From Nostoc sp. DedSLP01 (GTDB taxonomy: Bacteria; Cyanobacteriota; Cyanobacteriia; Cyanobacteriales; Nostocaceae), in the NCBI GenBank assembly GCA_034530875.2, contig JAVRCJ020000008.1, forward strand, positions 160,001 to 224,000: DNA of 64,000 nucleotides, read 5' to 3'. Of the stretch, positions 40,115 to 50,721 are shown piece after piece. How positions within the stretch are numbered: the stretch's first letter is position 1; the number at the start of each line of letters is the position of its first letter. The notes beneath the pieces are model-generated. The model was not told the origin of the DNA. It saw only the letters and a program-made list of their open reading frames with translations, and made no database searches. The translations under genes and the position numbers were made by a program.

Positions 40115-41305
40115 CTAACTGCTAATCACAGCAATACATTCAATCTCTACCAAAACATTCTTAGGCAAGCGCGATACTTCAACACAAGCACGCGCTGGGG
40201 CTGTATTTTCCGGGAAATATTTGGCATAAACGGCATTTACCGCCGCAAAATCATTCATATCAGCCAGAAATACAGTAGTTTTCACCACATCTTCAAAAGT
40301 CGCCCCGGCTGCTGTGAGGATGGCTTCAAGATTAGCCATAACTTGCTCGGTTTGTTTTTTGACATCATCAGTGTAGACGACATCACCAAGGCGGGGATCG
40401 ATCGCAATTTGTCCAGCTACAAATACCAATTGACCAGAAGCAGCGATCGCTTGATTATAAGGGCCGACTGGTGCGGGTGCGTTATCAGTACTAATTACTT
40501 TACGAGTCATAGATATCACTTTCTCTAACGATGCTACCTGTTTACCGATTTCTATTTCAAAGGCGATCGGTTTGTAAACCTCTCCATCTGGCATTATCGC
40601 ACCAGTCAGGTCAGCATCTTGAAGATTGGCTGCGTAAATGTTGGCTCCCGTTAGGTCGGCTTTTCTGAGATTTGCTCCGTTCAGATTTACTTTCATTAAA
40701 TCTGCTTGTTGTAAATCTGCTCTCTCTAAATTTGTCTGTTTTAAACAGGCTTTTCTCAAATTTACGCCTCTGAGATTTGCTGCACCAAGATCGGCTTCAG
40801 CCAGATTCATACCAGACAAATTCTTTTGAGATAAATTAATACCCCGAATTTTGGCTCCCTGCAAATTAGTATCTTTGAGATGTATATGAATTAGGTTTGC
40901 TTGACTCAAATCAGCTTCCAACAAGTTAGCCCCACTTAAATTTGCACCACTGAGGTTGGCTCTCACAAGATTTGTGTTTTTTAAGGAAGCTTCAGTTAGA
41001 TTGGCAGAATTTAGTGTAGCGTCACTCAAATTGGCATTGTCTAGGTCTGCCCAACTCAAATTTAAACTAGAACTATCCACCAAACCACTTAAGTTTGCGT
41101 TTGTCAGAGATACCCTAGTGAAATTTGTGCTTTTAAAACATGCTTTACTCAGATTCGCATTATTTAAATCTGCTCCTGTCAAATCCGCACTTGTTAAATC
41201 TATCCCACTTAGATTTGCACCCTTGAGGTTTACTCCTCTCAGATTTACTGACTCAAACTTACGTTGACCTTGTGCGTATTTTTTTAAAAGTTCCTCAGCA
41301 TCCAT
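40115..41305 (-). CDS. Pentapeptide-repeat protein fused to a RidA/YjgF deaminase domain
   Basis: A(N/D)LxX pentapeptide repeats, then [25 protein letters not shown] and [12 protein letters not shown] motifs. Confidence 0.88.
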   Translation of the reverse strand: MDAEELLKKYAQGQRKFESVNLRGVNLKGANLSGIDLTSADLTGADLNNANLSKACFKSTNFTRVSLTNANLSGLVDSSSLNLSWADLDNANLSDATLNSANLTEASLKNTNLVRANLSGANLSGANLLEADLSQANLIHIHLKDTNLQGAKIRGINLSQKNLSGMNLAEADLGAANLRGVNLRKACLKQTNLERADLQQADLMKVNLNGANLRKADLTGANIYAANLQDADLTGAIMPDGEVYKPIAFEIEIGKQVASLEKVISMTRKVISTDNAPAPVGPYNQAIAASGQLVFVAGQIAIDPRLGDVVYTDDVKKQTEQVMANLEAILTAAGATFEDVVKTTVFLADMNDFAAVNAVYAKYFPENTAPARACVEVSRLPKNVLVEIECIAVISS

Positions 41306-41415
41306 AATGCACCTTTAAATACCACTGACACAGTATAATCACAAAAACTTTGTGTCACACGTATTTCAGGCTCTGCCTTTCTATACGCTCTCTTCGCCTG
41401 GAGTGGTTCGTTCCT

Positions 41416-41448
41416 CTACCCCAACCTTGGACGTATTCCATAATGCCG
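41416..41448 (-). repeat. Duplicated 3' end of the NUDIX gene
   Basis: Encodes [10 protein letters not shown], a direct repeat of 41822-41854. Confidence 0.9.
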
Positions 41449-41507
41449 TCAAATCGGCATCGCGATCGCACTCGTATAATACTGTTACGATAAACTGCAA
41501 AACATAA

Positions 41508-41825
41508 TTGATGAATATTAAAGAATTACTACTCAAAGAAATTGAATCATCCTCAGATGTTTTACTAGCTCAAACGCTAGATTTTTTACGTTTTCTCAAA
41601 ACAAAACCAACAACTGAGGAAATATCTCTTAACCTGTCAACGGAAAAAAATGATGATACTTCCAACCATGAAACGAAACCGGAAATACAGGAAGCAAGAC
41701 CAATTATTAAAGGCTCTAAAGCAGAAAACTTGCTAAAATTTGCAGGAACTTGGCAAGGGGATGATTTTGAGGAGTGCTTGCAGTTCGTTTGCAAAACTCG
41801 TTCCCCTGCTCAACTCGATTTTTAA
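41508..41825 (+). CDS. Small antitoxin-like hypothetical protein (DUF2281-like N-terminus)
   Basis: [24 protein letters not shown] and [17 protein letters not shown] motifs; no toxin partner. Confidence 0.6.
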   Translation: MMNIKELLLKEIESSSDVLLAQTLDFLRFLKTKPTTEEISLNLSTEKNDDTSNHETKPEIQEARPIIKGSKAENLLKFAGTWQGDDFEECLQFVCKTRSPAQLDF

Positions 41826-42253
41826 CCCAACCTTGGACGTATCCCATAATGCCGATATCGCCAATAATCCTGCAAAATGCGATCGTGGTCAAAACATAAA
41901 TTACTCGGTACGCGCCAAGACTCAAAAATTCCTACGCCTTTAGCATCATCTCCAGCCACAGGTTCTCCCGTCGCCGTCGCCAAAAATACAATACTAATGG
42001 TATGTTGACGCGGATCGCGATTGGGGTCAGAATACACCAGTAATTGTTCGATTAATTCGACCTGCAAACCAGTTTCTTCCTGGGCTTCTCGCCGCGCCGC
42101 CACTTCTACAGCTTCCCCATAATCCACAAAACCGCCAGGAATAGCCCAACCTAAGGGCGAATTATGTCTTTCAATTAACACTATTGGTCGATGAGGTCGA
42201 TCTACTAGTTCAATGATGATATCAACTGTCGGTGTAGGATTTCGGTAAGTCAT
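41822..42253 (-). CDS. NUDIX hydrolase
   Basis: [24 protein letters not shown]udix box; [10 protein letters not shown] motif. Confidence 0.92.
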   Translation of the reverse strand: MTYRNPTPTVDIIIELVDRPHRPIVLIERHNSPLGWAIPGGFVDYGEAVEVAARREAQEETGLQVELIEQLLVYSDPNRDPRQHTISIVFLATATGEPVAGDDAKGVGIFESWRVPSNLCFDHDRILQDYWRYRHYGIRPRLG

Positions 42254-42427
42254 AGTTATTAGTCATTAGTCATTGGTCATTAGTCATTTACAAACTGACA
42301 AATGACTAACGACAAGTAAAATGAGTTTACTGGATTTTCCTTGTAAATACTGATGTGTGATAAATTCGATGCGATCGCGTAGCATTTTGTTGTGGCGATC
42401 GCTTGCTCCTATAATTTCAGGTTAAAT

Positions 42428-43936
42428 ATGCCTTTTCCTAGATCTAGTGGAATTCTGCTGCATCCTACTTCTTTTCCCAGTCGATTTGGCATTGGGGATT
42501 TAGGTTTAGAAGCTTATCGCTTTATTGATTTTCTCAAAGAAAGCTATCAACAATATTGGCAAGTTTTACCTTTAGGCCCCACTGCATACGGAAATTCACC
42601 GTATATGTGCTACTCAGCAATGGCGGGAAATCCTCTACTGATTAGCCCAGAGAAACTTTTAGAAGAAGGTTTATTAGCTGAAGAAGACTTTGCTAATCTA
42701 CCAGCATTTTCCGAAGAAAAATTAGATTTCGAGCAAGTTCTACCAATCAAGGTTGCGCTACTCAAAAAAGCCTGTGAAAACTTTAAAACTAATGCTAGCC
42801 CTATTCAGCAGCGAGAGTTTGCAGGTTTTTGCGACAGTAAGGCTTATTGGCTAGACAATTATGCCTTATTTATGGCACTGAAAGATGATAACCAAGGAGC
42901 AAGCTGGCATAAATGGGAGCCTGAATTAGTCAAGCGCGAACCAGAAGCATTAGATAAAGTACAGCGCCGCCTCAATGCAGAAATTTTTTATTACAAGTTC
43001 GTTCAGTTTGAATTTTTCCGCCAGTGGTCAGACCTGAAAAGCTACGCCAACATGCGCGATATAGAGATTATCGGCGATATTCCTATTTACGTAGCTCATG
43101 ATAGTGCCGATGTCTGGGCGCACCCCGACATTTTTGCTTTAGACGAAGAGACGGGAGAAGCGGCCGAAATGGCAGGAGTTCCACCAGATTACTTTAGCGC
43201 CACCGGCCAATTGTGGGGGAACCCGGTTTATAACTGGGAGGAATTAGAAAAACAAGACTTTAAGTGGTGGGTGCAGCGCTTTGAGGCGATGCTCGATTAT
43301 GTAGACATAATTCGCATTGACCACTTCCGAGGTTTTGAAGCTTATTGGTCTGTACCCCACGGCGAAGAAACAGCCATTAACGGCAAATGGATAGAAGCGC
43401 CTGGAGAAGCTTTTTTTGAAGTCATTAGAGAAAAGTTGGGCAAACTACCCGTGTTGGCGGAAGATTTGGGAGTGATTACACCAGAGGTAGAAGCACTGCG
43501 GGACAAATTTGAATTTCCGGGAATGAAAGTTTTGCAATTTGCCTTTGGTTCCGATCCTGCCAATCCGTTTTTACCATTCAATTACCCGCGAAATGCTGTA
43601 GTTTATACCGGAACACACGACAACGACACCACTGTTGGCTGGTTCAATACAGCTAGCGACTACGAAAAGCAAAACTTATTGCTTTATTTAGGTTGTATCA
43701 GTTCTGAAGGCATCCACTGGGATTTAATTCGACTAGCATTGAGTTCCGTTGCCAATCAAGCAATTATTCCTTTGCAAGATGTTTTGGGATTAGGTAATGA
43801 AGCACGGATGAATTTTCCCAGTATTCCTGAAGGGAATTGGGAGTGGCGCTATAAAGCAGGAGCCTTAACGGAGGAATTAAGCTCGAGGCTGAAAGCTCTC
43901 ACCAGACTCAATGGACGCGCCCCGCAACAGCCTTGA
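42428..43936 (+). CDS. malQ: 4-alpha-glucanotransferase (GH77)
   Basis: SGILLHPTS, GVPPDYFSATGQLWGNP, RIDHFRG, AEDLG and YTGTHDNDT motifs; start MPFPRSSG. Confidence 0.96.
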   Translation: MPFPRSSGILLHPTSFPSRFGIGDLGLEAYRFIDFLKESYQQYWQVLPLGPTAYGNSPYMCYSAMAGNPLLISPEKLLEEGLLAEEDFANLPAFSEEKLDFEQVLPIKVALLKKACENFKTNASPIQQREFAGFCDSKAYWLDNYALFMALKDDNQGASWHKWEPELVKREPEALDKVQRRLNAEIFYYKFVQFEFFRQWSDLKSYANMRDIEIIGDIPIYVAHDSADVWAHPDIFALDEETGEAAEMAGVPPDYFSATGQLWGNPVYNWEELEKQDFKWWVQRFEAMLDYVDIIRIDHFRGFEAYWSVPHGEETAINGKWIEAPGEAFFEVIREKLGKLPVLAEDLGVITPEVEALRDKFEFPGMKVLQFAFGSDPANPFLPFNYPRNAVVYTGTHDNDTTVGWFNTASDYEKQNLLLYLGCISSEGIHWDLIRLALSSVANQAIIPLQDVLGLGNEARMNFPSIPEGNWEWRYKAGALTEELSSRLKALTRLNGRAPQQP

Positions 43937-44037
43937 GTAACGAGTGTTGAGTTCTGAGCGAGGCAAGGGGGGCACTTGTACAGACGCGATTAATCGCGTC
44001 TGTAAAAGAGACGCGATTAATCGTGCCTCTTCATTCC

Positions 44038-44880
44038 CTAATACCTTGACTTAGCTGCAATCTTAATTTCTTCTTCTTTCCCGAACTCTCCCATTTTTCT
44101 GGGTTTCTCTTGATTAACACTCATTAGGACACCACCAGCATTATCAGTTTTCACTGTTAATTGTTCTTGAGCTTTCCAAATGCGGTGAGTACCCTCAGGT
44201 AAAGTACCCTCAAACTCGGTTTTGCCATCAGCTACTACACGAATCCAGGATGATGCTTTCAAGGTAACGCCAATTTGTACAACCTCTTTTTGTTTAACGC
44301 TAGTTGAGGTGTCACTGACAGGTTGAACTTCTAGTGGTGATTGTTTTTGTTCGGTTACTTCTGGTTTGGCTTGTTCTGGCTTAACCTGGGGCTTTTGTTC
44401 TAGGTATGGTTCGTCTTGAGTATTACTTGCTTGTAGTACGGCATTATTTAATAGCACAGATAAGCCATTTACAGAGCATAAAATTAGCAATATGTAAAGA
44501 AAGTAAAGATGAATAGGACGTAATTGATTTAGAGGTGAAGGATTCCCCAGAGGTTGGGAGCTTATTTGTGGAGAATTAATCGGAAAAGTTTCAGCTAATT
44601 CATTTCCATTCAAGCCCAGGGCGTCGGCAAATTGTCGGATCAAACCTTGAATATAAACGGGTTCTGGCAGATCGTTTACATTACCTTCTTCGATCGCCTG
44701 CAATAATCGCTGGGGAATCATGGTCAACATCACCACTTGCTCCAGAGACAAACCCTGTTCTTGGCGTGAAGCCCAAAGTTGAGCGCCTATTTCTGCCAAT
44801 TTTTGAGATCTTTGTTCTTCTAATGAAAGTGGTGGCTGGCGATCGTTTTTCTTTCTTGGCCATTTCATACCTTCTGACAC
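44038..44880 (-). CDS. RodZ-like HTH/DUF4115 membrane protein
   Basis: HTH with LPEPVYIQGLIRQFADALGL, one TM segment, C-terminal SWIRVVADGK..FEG. Confidence 0.8.
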   Translation of the reverse strand: MSEGMKWPRKKNDRQPPLSLEEQRSQKLAEIGAQLWASRQEQGLSLEQVVMLTMIPQRLLQAIEEGNVNDLPEPVYIQGLIRQFADALGLNGNELAETFPINSPQISSQPLGNPSPLNQLRPIHLYFLYILLILCSVNGLSVLLNNAVLQASNTQDEPYLEQKPQVKPEQAKPEVTEQKQSPLEVQPVSDTSTSVKQKEVVQIGVTLKASSWIRVVADGKTEFEGTLPEGTHRIWKAQEQLTVKTDNAGGVLMSVNQEKPRKMGEFGKEEEIKIAAKSRY

Positions 44881-45141
44881 TCCTTAACTCAACTAAATCT
44901 TTAATAGGTCACTTGAACAGGAAAGAATTCCCCAATTCAGAAGCCAGAATCCAGAATTCAGAATTCAGTATGAATTTGTAACTGTTTTCATGAATAATAA
45001 ACGGGTTTAAAACCCCTAAACAAATCTACGATTTGGTGAGCCTGCACTGCAAGCAAATTTTCTTGTGTGACCTTGGCCACATTCACTCAAACAACATTTA
45101 CGAGCCTCGCCCAAAAAGCGATCGCCTTTTAGCTAGCACTC

Positions 45142-45924
45142 TCAAACCCCATCTACTTCAATTCTCGATTCTGACTCCTGCTCTATTTGCTCTCGCAAAA
45201 ACTGAATTTCACTATCTTTGAGTAAACGATATTTGCCCTCTGCTAAAAAAGGTTCTTTTGGTGTTTGTAATTGAATTGAGCCGATCGCAATGCGATGCAG
45301 CTGTATTACTGGATATCCTAATTGTTCTGCTATACGGCGAATCTGGCGATTTCTTCCCTCCTGTAAGACAATTTCTAACAAGCTTCCTTCGGTACGATGT
45401 TCTATGAGTTTTACTTTAGCGGGTCGTGTTTTTCTACCGTCCAAAATCACGCCCTGACGCCACATCCGTAATAATGCTTCTGGAGGGTGTCCTTTCACCA
45501 AAACATGATATGTCTTGGAAATGCTGTGACGTGGATGGGTTAGCCCAAACGTCAAGTCTCCGTCATTTGTCAGGATTAATGCTCCTGTGGAGTCTGCATC
45601 CAGACGCCCAACTGGATGAATACCGGAACCTTCTCGCAATTGTTTCGGTAGTAAATCTAGGACTGTTGGTCGTCCTTGAGGATCGTAACAAGTGGAAACT
45701 ACTCCAGCTGGTTTGTGCAGCAATAGGTAAATTAAAGCTGGACGGTGCTTTCTGGATACAAGCTTGCCATCAATCGCGATCGCATCTTTTTCGGGATCGA
45801 CTTTTTGGCCTAAATGTGCCAATACTCCATTGATCCGCACTCGCGATCGCCTAATCATTTCTTCAGCTTCACGACGTGAGGCAATACCCCATTGAGCTAG
45901 AACTTTTTGTAACCGTGCCTCCAT
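45142..45924 (-). CDS. rRNA pseudouridine synthase (RsuA/RluB family)
   Basis: S4 domain RLQKVLAQWGIASRREAE; GRLDADSTG and EGRNRQIRR motifs. Confidence 0.92.
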   Translation of the reverse strand: MEARLQKVLAQWGIASRREAEEMIRRSRVRINGVLAHLGQKVDPEKDAIAIDGKLVSRKHRPALIYLLLHKPAGVVSTCYDPQGRPTVLDLLPKQLREGSGIHPVGRLDADSTGALILTNDGDLTFGLTHPRHSISKTYHVLVKGHPPEALLRMWRQGVILDGRKTRPAKVKLIEHRTEGSLLEIVLQEGRNRQIRRIAEQLGYPVIQLHRIAIGSIQLQTPKEPFLAEGKYRLLKDSEIQFLREQIEQESESRIEVDGV

Positions 45925-46038
45925 GTATAAATTACTGATTTACTGTTAACTATTAAATGATATTTGCATTTTGTAGCGATTAGGCATAAATGTTACATTT
46001 CGGTTGTTGAGCAAATACTCATAAACTCCAGTAGTTAG

Positions 46039-46752
46039 ATGTCAGAGCAAAATTCCCAAACAACAAACGCAAACAAAATCCGCATAATTACGCAAGCACT
46101 CACAACAGCATTAAAACTGTGGTTGAGGTCGCAAGTCAGCGAAATATCTGAACTAGAAGTGGAGATTAAAGCCAGCGATCGCCAGATTCTCTCTGGACGC
46201 ATTCCTGCGGTATCTATTTTTGCTAGTCATGCAGTTTATCGAGGACTCCTAATTACAGAAATTAAATTAACCGCAGAAAATATTCAGATAAACATCGGGC
46301 AAATACTCAGGGGAAAGCCCTTGCGACTGTTACAAGTAGTACCAGTTGTTGGTGATTTGACCGTAGACGAAAAAGATCTCAATGCTTCTCTCTCATCTGA
46401 TTTATTATCGACTGCTTTAAGCGATTTACTGGTTAAGGTTTTACCAACACATTGCCCAAAAACACAACCGATTAATTGGCAAGAAATTATTCTTGAGAAC
46501 AACCAAATTATACTGCTCGGTTTTAAAGTCACCAATAGCGAAACAACACCTTTGAAAATTTCTCTAGGCTTGCAATTACTCAATGGTCATGAATTAGAAG
46601 TGACACGCATCCAAATCAACGATGACCGCAAAGAATTATTACCAGAAAACGATCGTTACAATTTCGATCTTGGCTCAGATGTTGATATTCAAGAACTGAC
46701 ACTGATCCCAGGCAAGCTAGTATGTCGCGGACGGATTAACGTTAATCCCTAA
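46039..46752 (+). CDS. DUF2993/LmeA-family protein
   Basis: LWLRSQV, QILSGRIP, GKPLRLL and DLNASL motifs. Confidence 0.7.
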   Translation: MSEQNSQTTNANKIRIITQALTTALKLWLRSQVSEISELEVEIKASDRQILSGRIPAVSIFASHAVYRGLLITEIKLTAENIQINIGQILRGKPLRLLQVVPVVGDLTVDEKDLNASLSSDLLSTALSDLLVKVLPTHCPKTQPINWQEIILENNQIILLGFKVTNSETTPLKISLGLQLLNGHELEVTRIQINDDRKELLPENDRYNFDLGSDVDIQELTLIPGKLVCRGRINVNP

Positions 46753-46954
46753 AAGGGACTGGGGACTGGGAGTGGTGAGTGAGGTCAAGACACGATTAAC
46801 CTTTGTCTTGCGGGAGTTAGGAGTGTGAGGATTGGGAGAGCAGGGGAGGTGTGGGAGGATGGGGAAGAAATCTTTGCCCCCTCTTTCCCCGCACTCCCCC
46901 ATCTACGTTGCTCTCCCCAACCCCTAGTCACCAGTCACCAGTCCCCAATCCCTT

Positions 46955-47845
46955 TTACCCATCCGTTATTAGCGGCAAAATTAGTGTTACGAAATAGTAA
47001 ACCAAAGGTGCTGTAAAAATATAACTATCAGTACGGTCTAAAATACCACCGTGTCCAGGAATTAGTTGTCCGGAATCTTTGACTCCAGCATCTCGTTTGA
47101 GCATGGATTCCGTGAGATCCCCTAAAAGGCTAGCAATACCAATTAACAAACCCAATGCTAAACCAGTAACCAAGGATCTAGGCAAGTGCAGATAATAAGC
47201 TCCAGCTAAAGCTACAGCAACGCTGGAGGTAATACCAAATACGGCACCTTCTACGGTTTTCTTCGGGCTAATTTCAGACAAACGAGTTTTACCAAAGAAT
47301 TTGCCGATTGTATAAGCACCAATATCAGCTGCCCAAATACATAGCAAAGTCAGTAGTGTTAGCGTCAAACCTTGTGGTAAGGAGGTAGAATTTGCCTTTG
47401 CCCAAAAATCTGCCCAGGTTGCAGGCCAGTAAGCTCCTAAAGGGAGGTTACTAAAACTAGCACTATCAATTGCTCGCAATCGCACCCAATAACTCGGTAA
47501 ATAACCTACGTAAAATAACCCCATAATTGAAGCGGAAATATCGGCAATGGTGGCAAATTTGGGTTGAAATAGCAGGTAAAAACAAATTAGCGTCCCGGCT
47601 ATTGGCATCACGGCATCAGCTAAACTGCCATCAAGGGTACAAATCGCCAGCAAGACAAGACTTGCAGCCATAGTGGTTTTAGCAGCTGGAGCAATGCCTC
47701 TGGCTCGTACCAAATTAAAATATTCCTCTTGACCCAAAAACACCACGATCGCAAACATGATGGTAAAGTACCAACCCCCTAAAAGGGTCACACTAAGAGC
47801 AAGAGCGATCGCTACAATTCCACTAATAATCCGAGACCAAGGCAT
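46955..47845 (-). CDS. cdsA: Phosphatidate cytidylyltransferase
   Basis: ISPKKTVEG and GDLTESMLKRDAGVKDSGQLIPGHGGILDRTDS motifs. Confidence 0.95.
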   Translation of the reverse strand: MPWSRIISGIVAIALALSVTLLGGWYFTIMFAIVVFLGQEEYFNLVRARGIAPAAKTTMAASLVLLAICTLDGSLADAVMPIAGTLICFYLLFQPKFATIADISASIMGLFYVGYLPSYWVRLRAIDSASFSNLPLGAYWPATWADFWAKANSTSLPQGLTLTLLTLLCIWAADIGAYTIGKFFGKTRLSEISPKKTVEGAVFGITSSVAVALAGAYYLHLPRSLVTGLALGLLIGIASLLGDLTESMLKRDAGVKDSGQLIPGHGGILDRTDSYIFTAPLVYYFVTLILPLITDG

Positions 47846-47993
47846 AGAAGTATTGGGTACTGGGGACTGGGGATTGGGGATTGGGGATTGGTTACTGGGT
47901 ACTGAGTAATGGGTATTGAGTAATGGGGATTCGGTTATGGGAAACTCTTCTCTAATTCCCAGTCACCAATCCCCAGTCACCAGTCCCCAACCC

Positions 47994-48596
47994 CTAATCC
48001 AGTTTCTCACCACTAAGTATAAAAATGGGATCGACAGCGGTAAAGGTTTGAGAAAAGCCGCGCGTTTCTAAGCGGTTAACAGCAGATTGGACGACTTCGA
48101 TATTTCTAGCCCTTAATAGCGAAAAACTTTGAGAAATCGCATATAGACTTTCTAGATTAGCAGCTGTAGCCACAACCCTACCTGATGGCGGTAAATATTC
48201 CCAAGCAGCTTGCAGAATTTCCTGAACGGGGCGTCCTCCCTCGATACAAACGCGGTGAGGAGTCACCTTGAGATCCTGCAAACATTCTGGGGCGCTACCT
48301 TCAATGACTTCAACGTTGTTGACTTCAAAGCGATCGCAGTTACGCTTAATCAGATTAGCTACTTCTTCATCTCTTTCTACAGCGATAATCTTTCCCTTTG
48401 GACAGAGTAATCCCGCTTCTACGGGAATTGTACCCGTTCCCGCACCAATGTCCCACAATACCGAATCTGGTTGTAGCCGCAGTTGAGCAATTAACAAAAG
48501 TCGCACTTCTCGCTGGCTGAGAGGAATTCCTGGCAAATGCTCGAATAACTCATCGGGAATACCAGGAGTAATATAAGGCCAAAGTTGGGAGGGCAT
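47994..48596 (-). CDS. cbiT: Precorrin-6B methyltransferase/decarboxylase subunit CbiT
   Basis: PGIPDELF, REVRLLL, WDIGAGTGTI and IEGSAPE motifs. Confidence 0.88.
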   Translation of the reverse strand: MPSQLWPYITPGIPDELFEHLPGIPLSQREVRLLLIAQLRLQPDSVLWDIGAGTGTIPVEAGLLCPKGKIIAVERDEEVANLIKRNCDRFEVNNVEVIEGSAPECLQDLKVTPHRVCIEGGRPVQEILQAAWEYLPPSGRVVATAANLESLYAISQSFSLLRARNIEVVQSAVNRLETRGFSQTFTAVDPIFILSGEKLD

Positions 48597-48691
48597 AAGA
48601 TCGCACAATTATACTAAAAGATATTGGCTTGCTAAATTGAAAAGTTATAAGCTATCAAAACTTTTAAAACATAGCATTATAAGAAACTATA

Positions 48692-50095
48692 ATGATTGGG
48701 GAAATATTGGGCGAACGCTACCAAGTTCAGCAGCTATTAGGAAAAAAAACAGGGCGGCGGACGCTGTTAGCTTGCGATTTAAAAACTGAGGAATTGGTCG
48801 TCATCAAGTTACTCTCTTTTGGTAGCGACTTTGAATGGGACGATCTCAAACTGTTTGAGCGAGAAGCCCAAACCCTAAAATCTTTGTCACATCCCTTAAT
48901 ACCTAGCTATTTAGACTATTTTGAAGTAAATTCACTAAATATCAAAGGATTTGCTCTTGTCCAAACTTATATTCCAGCACGAACTTTAGAGCAATACTTA
49001 CAAAGTGGACGGACTTTTACGGAAGCTGAAATTAAACAGATAGCCAAGGCTGTTTTAGAGATTCTGATTTACTTACATACGTTGCATCCGCCTGTAATCC
49101 ATCGCGATCTTAAGCCTAGCAATATTTTATTGAGCAATCGCTCTGGTAACAGTGTAGGTGAAGTTTATTTGATAGATTTTGGTTCAGTGCAAACTGTCCT
49201 AGCTACAGAAACCGGCACTAGGACTGTGGTGGGAACCTACGGTTATATGCCACAGGAGCAATTTGGCGGGCGTACCGTTCCTGCTTCTGACCTTTATAGT
49301 TTGGGTGCGACGTTAATTTACTTGGCAACGGGTACTCACCCGGCTGATTTACCGCAAAAGGATTTTCGCATTCAGTTTGAACAACTGGCTAATCTCAGTC
49401 CCAGCTTTACCGATTGGTTAAAATCGATGGTTGAACCCAGTCTAGAACGACGCTTGAGTTCTGCTGCTGTGGCGATCGCAATTTTAGACAACCCACATTG
49501 GAGAAACTTGCCTGTTGCGGTGATTAGCAAACCAGATGGGAGTAAGATTCAATTAACGAAAAATCAGGATTTTCTCGAAATTATCGTTCCACCTGCTGGT
49601 TCCGATTTATCAATAGTATTTACAGGTTTATTTGCGATCGCCTGGAATTCATTTATCCTGTTTTGGACAATTGGTGTTTTGTTGGGGCCTTTTCCAGTCA
49701 GCATTCCCTTGGCTTTGTTCTCCCTTCCCTTTTGGGGCGCTGGCTGTCTTTTAGTGTATACATTTTTCTTTCATTTATTTGGACGCATCTCCTTACGCCT
49801 GAATTCCGAAGAAATTACCCTCACCTCGGAGTTATTTGCTTGGAAATTTAATCGTCCCCGTACATCTCCAAGAAAAAGTATTACGAAGTTGGTTTATACT
49901 CCAAAACATTTTACTAAAGACTCCCAAGGTCATAAAATTGCCGTTCCAGCACAATTAGATATTTGGGCAGGAGTCAAAAAATATCAACTTGGTAATATTA
50001 GTGGTGCTATTAAATCTGAAGCGGAACTGGAATGGCTAGCTTATGAATTAAGCGATTGGTTAGGCTTACCAATTACAAATGAAATTAAAACTTAG
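48692..50095 (+). CDS. Ser/Thr protein kinase with C-terminal membrane domain
   Basis: HRDLKPSN, DFG and GTYGYMPQEQF motifs; two TM helices. Confidence 0.9.
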   Translation: MIGEILGERYQVQQLLGKKTGRRTLLACDLKTEELVVIKLLSFGSDFEWDDLKLFEREAQTLKSLSHPLIPSYLDYFEVNSLNIKGFALVQTYIPARTLEQYLQSGRTFTEAEIKQIAKAVLEILIYLHTLHPPVIHRDLKPSNILLSNRSGNSVGEVYLIDFGSVQTVLATETGTRTVVGTYGYMPQEQFGGRTVPASDLYSLGATLIYLATGTHPADLPQKDFRIQFEQLANLSPSFTDWLKSMVEPSLERRLSSAAVAIAILDNPHWRNLPVAVISKPDGSKIQLTKNQDFLEIIVPPAGSDLSIVFTGLFAIAWNSFILFWTIGVLLGPFPVSIPLALFSLPFWGAGCLLVYTFFFHLFGRISLRLNSEEITLTSELFAWKFNRPRTSPRKSITKLVYTPKHFTKDSQGHKIAVPAQLDIWAGVKKYQLGNISGAIKSEAELEWLAYELSDWLGLPITNEIKT

Positions 50096-50169
50096 CCGCC
50101 GGTGGCGAATTCATTAGATTTGAGCCGTAAATGTCTATATTTAATTAGAGATGCTTAGAGGAAATTTAT

Positions 50170-50340
50170 ATGTTTGGACTGGGATGGCCGGAAATCAGCG
50201 TCATTGCGATCGTCGCTATTTTAATTTTTGGGCCGAAAAAAATTCCTGAACTAGGAAGCTCACTAGGCAAAACTTTGCGGAGTTTTAAGGAAGGACTGAA
50301 AACTTCCAATGACGAAACCAATCCAGAACAAGAAAAATAA
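50170..50340 (+). CDS. tatA: Twin-arginine translocase subunit TatA/E (56 aa, absent from the ORF track)
   Basis: Hand translation MFGLGWPEISVIAIVAILIFGPKKIPELGSSLGKTLRSFKEG...; GAGG RBS. Confidence 0.92.
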   Translation: MFGLGWPEISVIAIVAILIFGPKKIPELGSSLGKTLRSFKEGLKTSNDETNPEQEK

Positions 50341-50721
50341 TATTCGATATTTTAAGGAAAATTTAATATTTCCAGCACAGCAACGGTCAATAGTAGAGAT
50401 GCGACTTATGCCAATTCACAATGGGCTTCTCTACGAGACGCTGCGCGTAGCTTGCTTCTCCGTAGGAGTACGCACCACTTCGCTAAGGCAATTAAGAAAT
50501 TCAGATTGTATCTAGGTTTCAAGATTTGAATCTGTTGCCGAATTTTAGAGAATTGGTATTATGGCAACACTTGTCAGTTAAGGAGAAATGGAGAAGGTGG
50601 GATCCACTTTGGGGATAAAGTGCGGGGGAAAGGCAAAGAAAAAACCTTTTCCCCAAACCAAATTCTGAGTCCAAAATACTTAACCGAGTAGTGTTGCGGC
50701 TCATTGCCTCTCTACTATCGA

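Noticed and set aside
33053..42253. Prophage or integrative element
   Set aside because: No integrase, transposase, structural phage gene or island-spanning att repeat was seen
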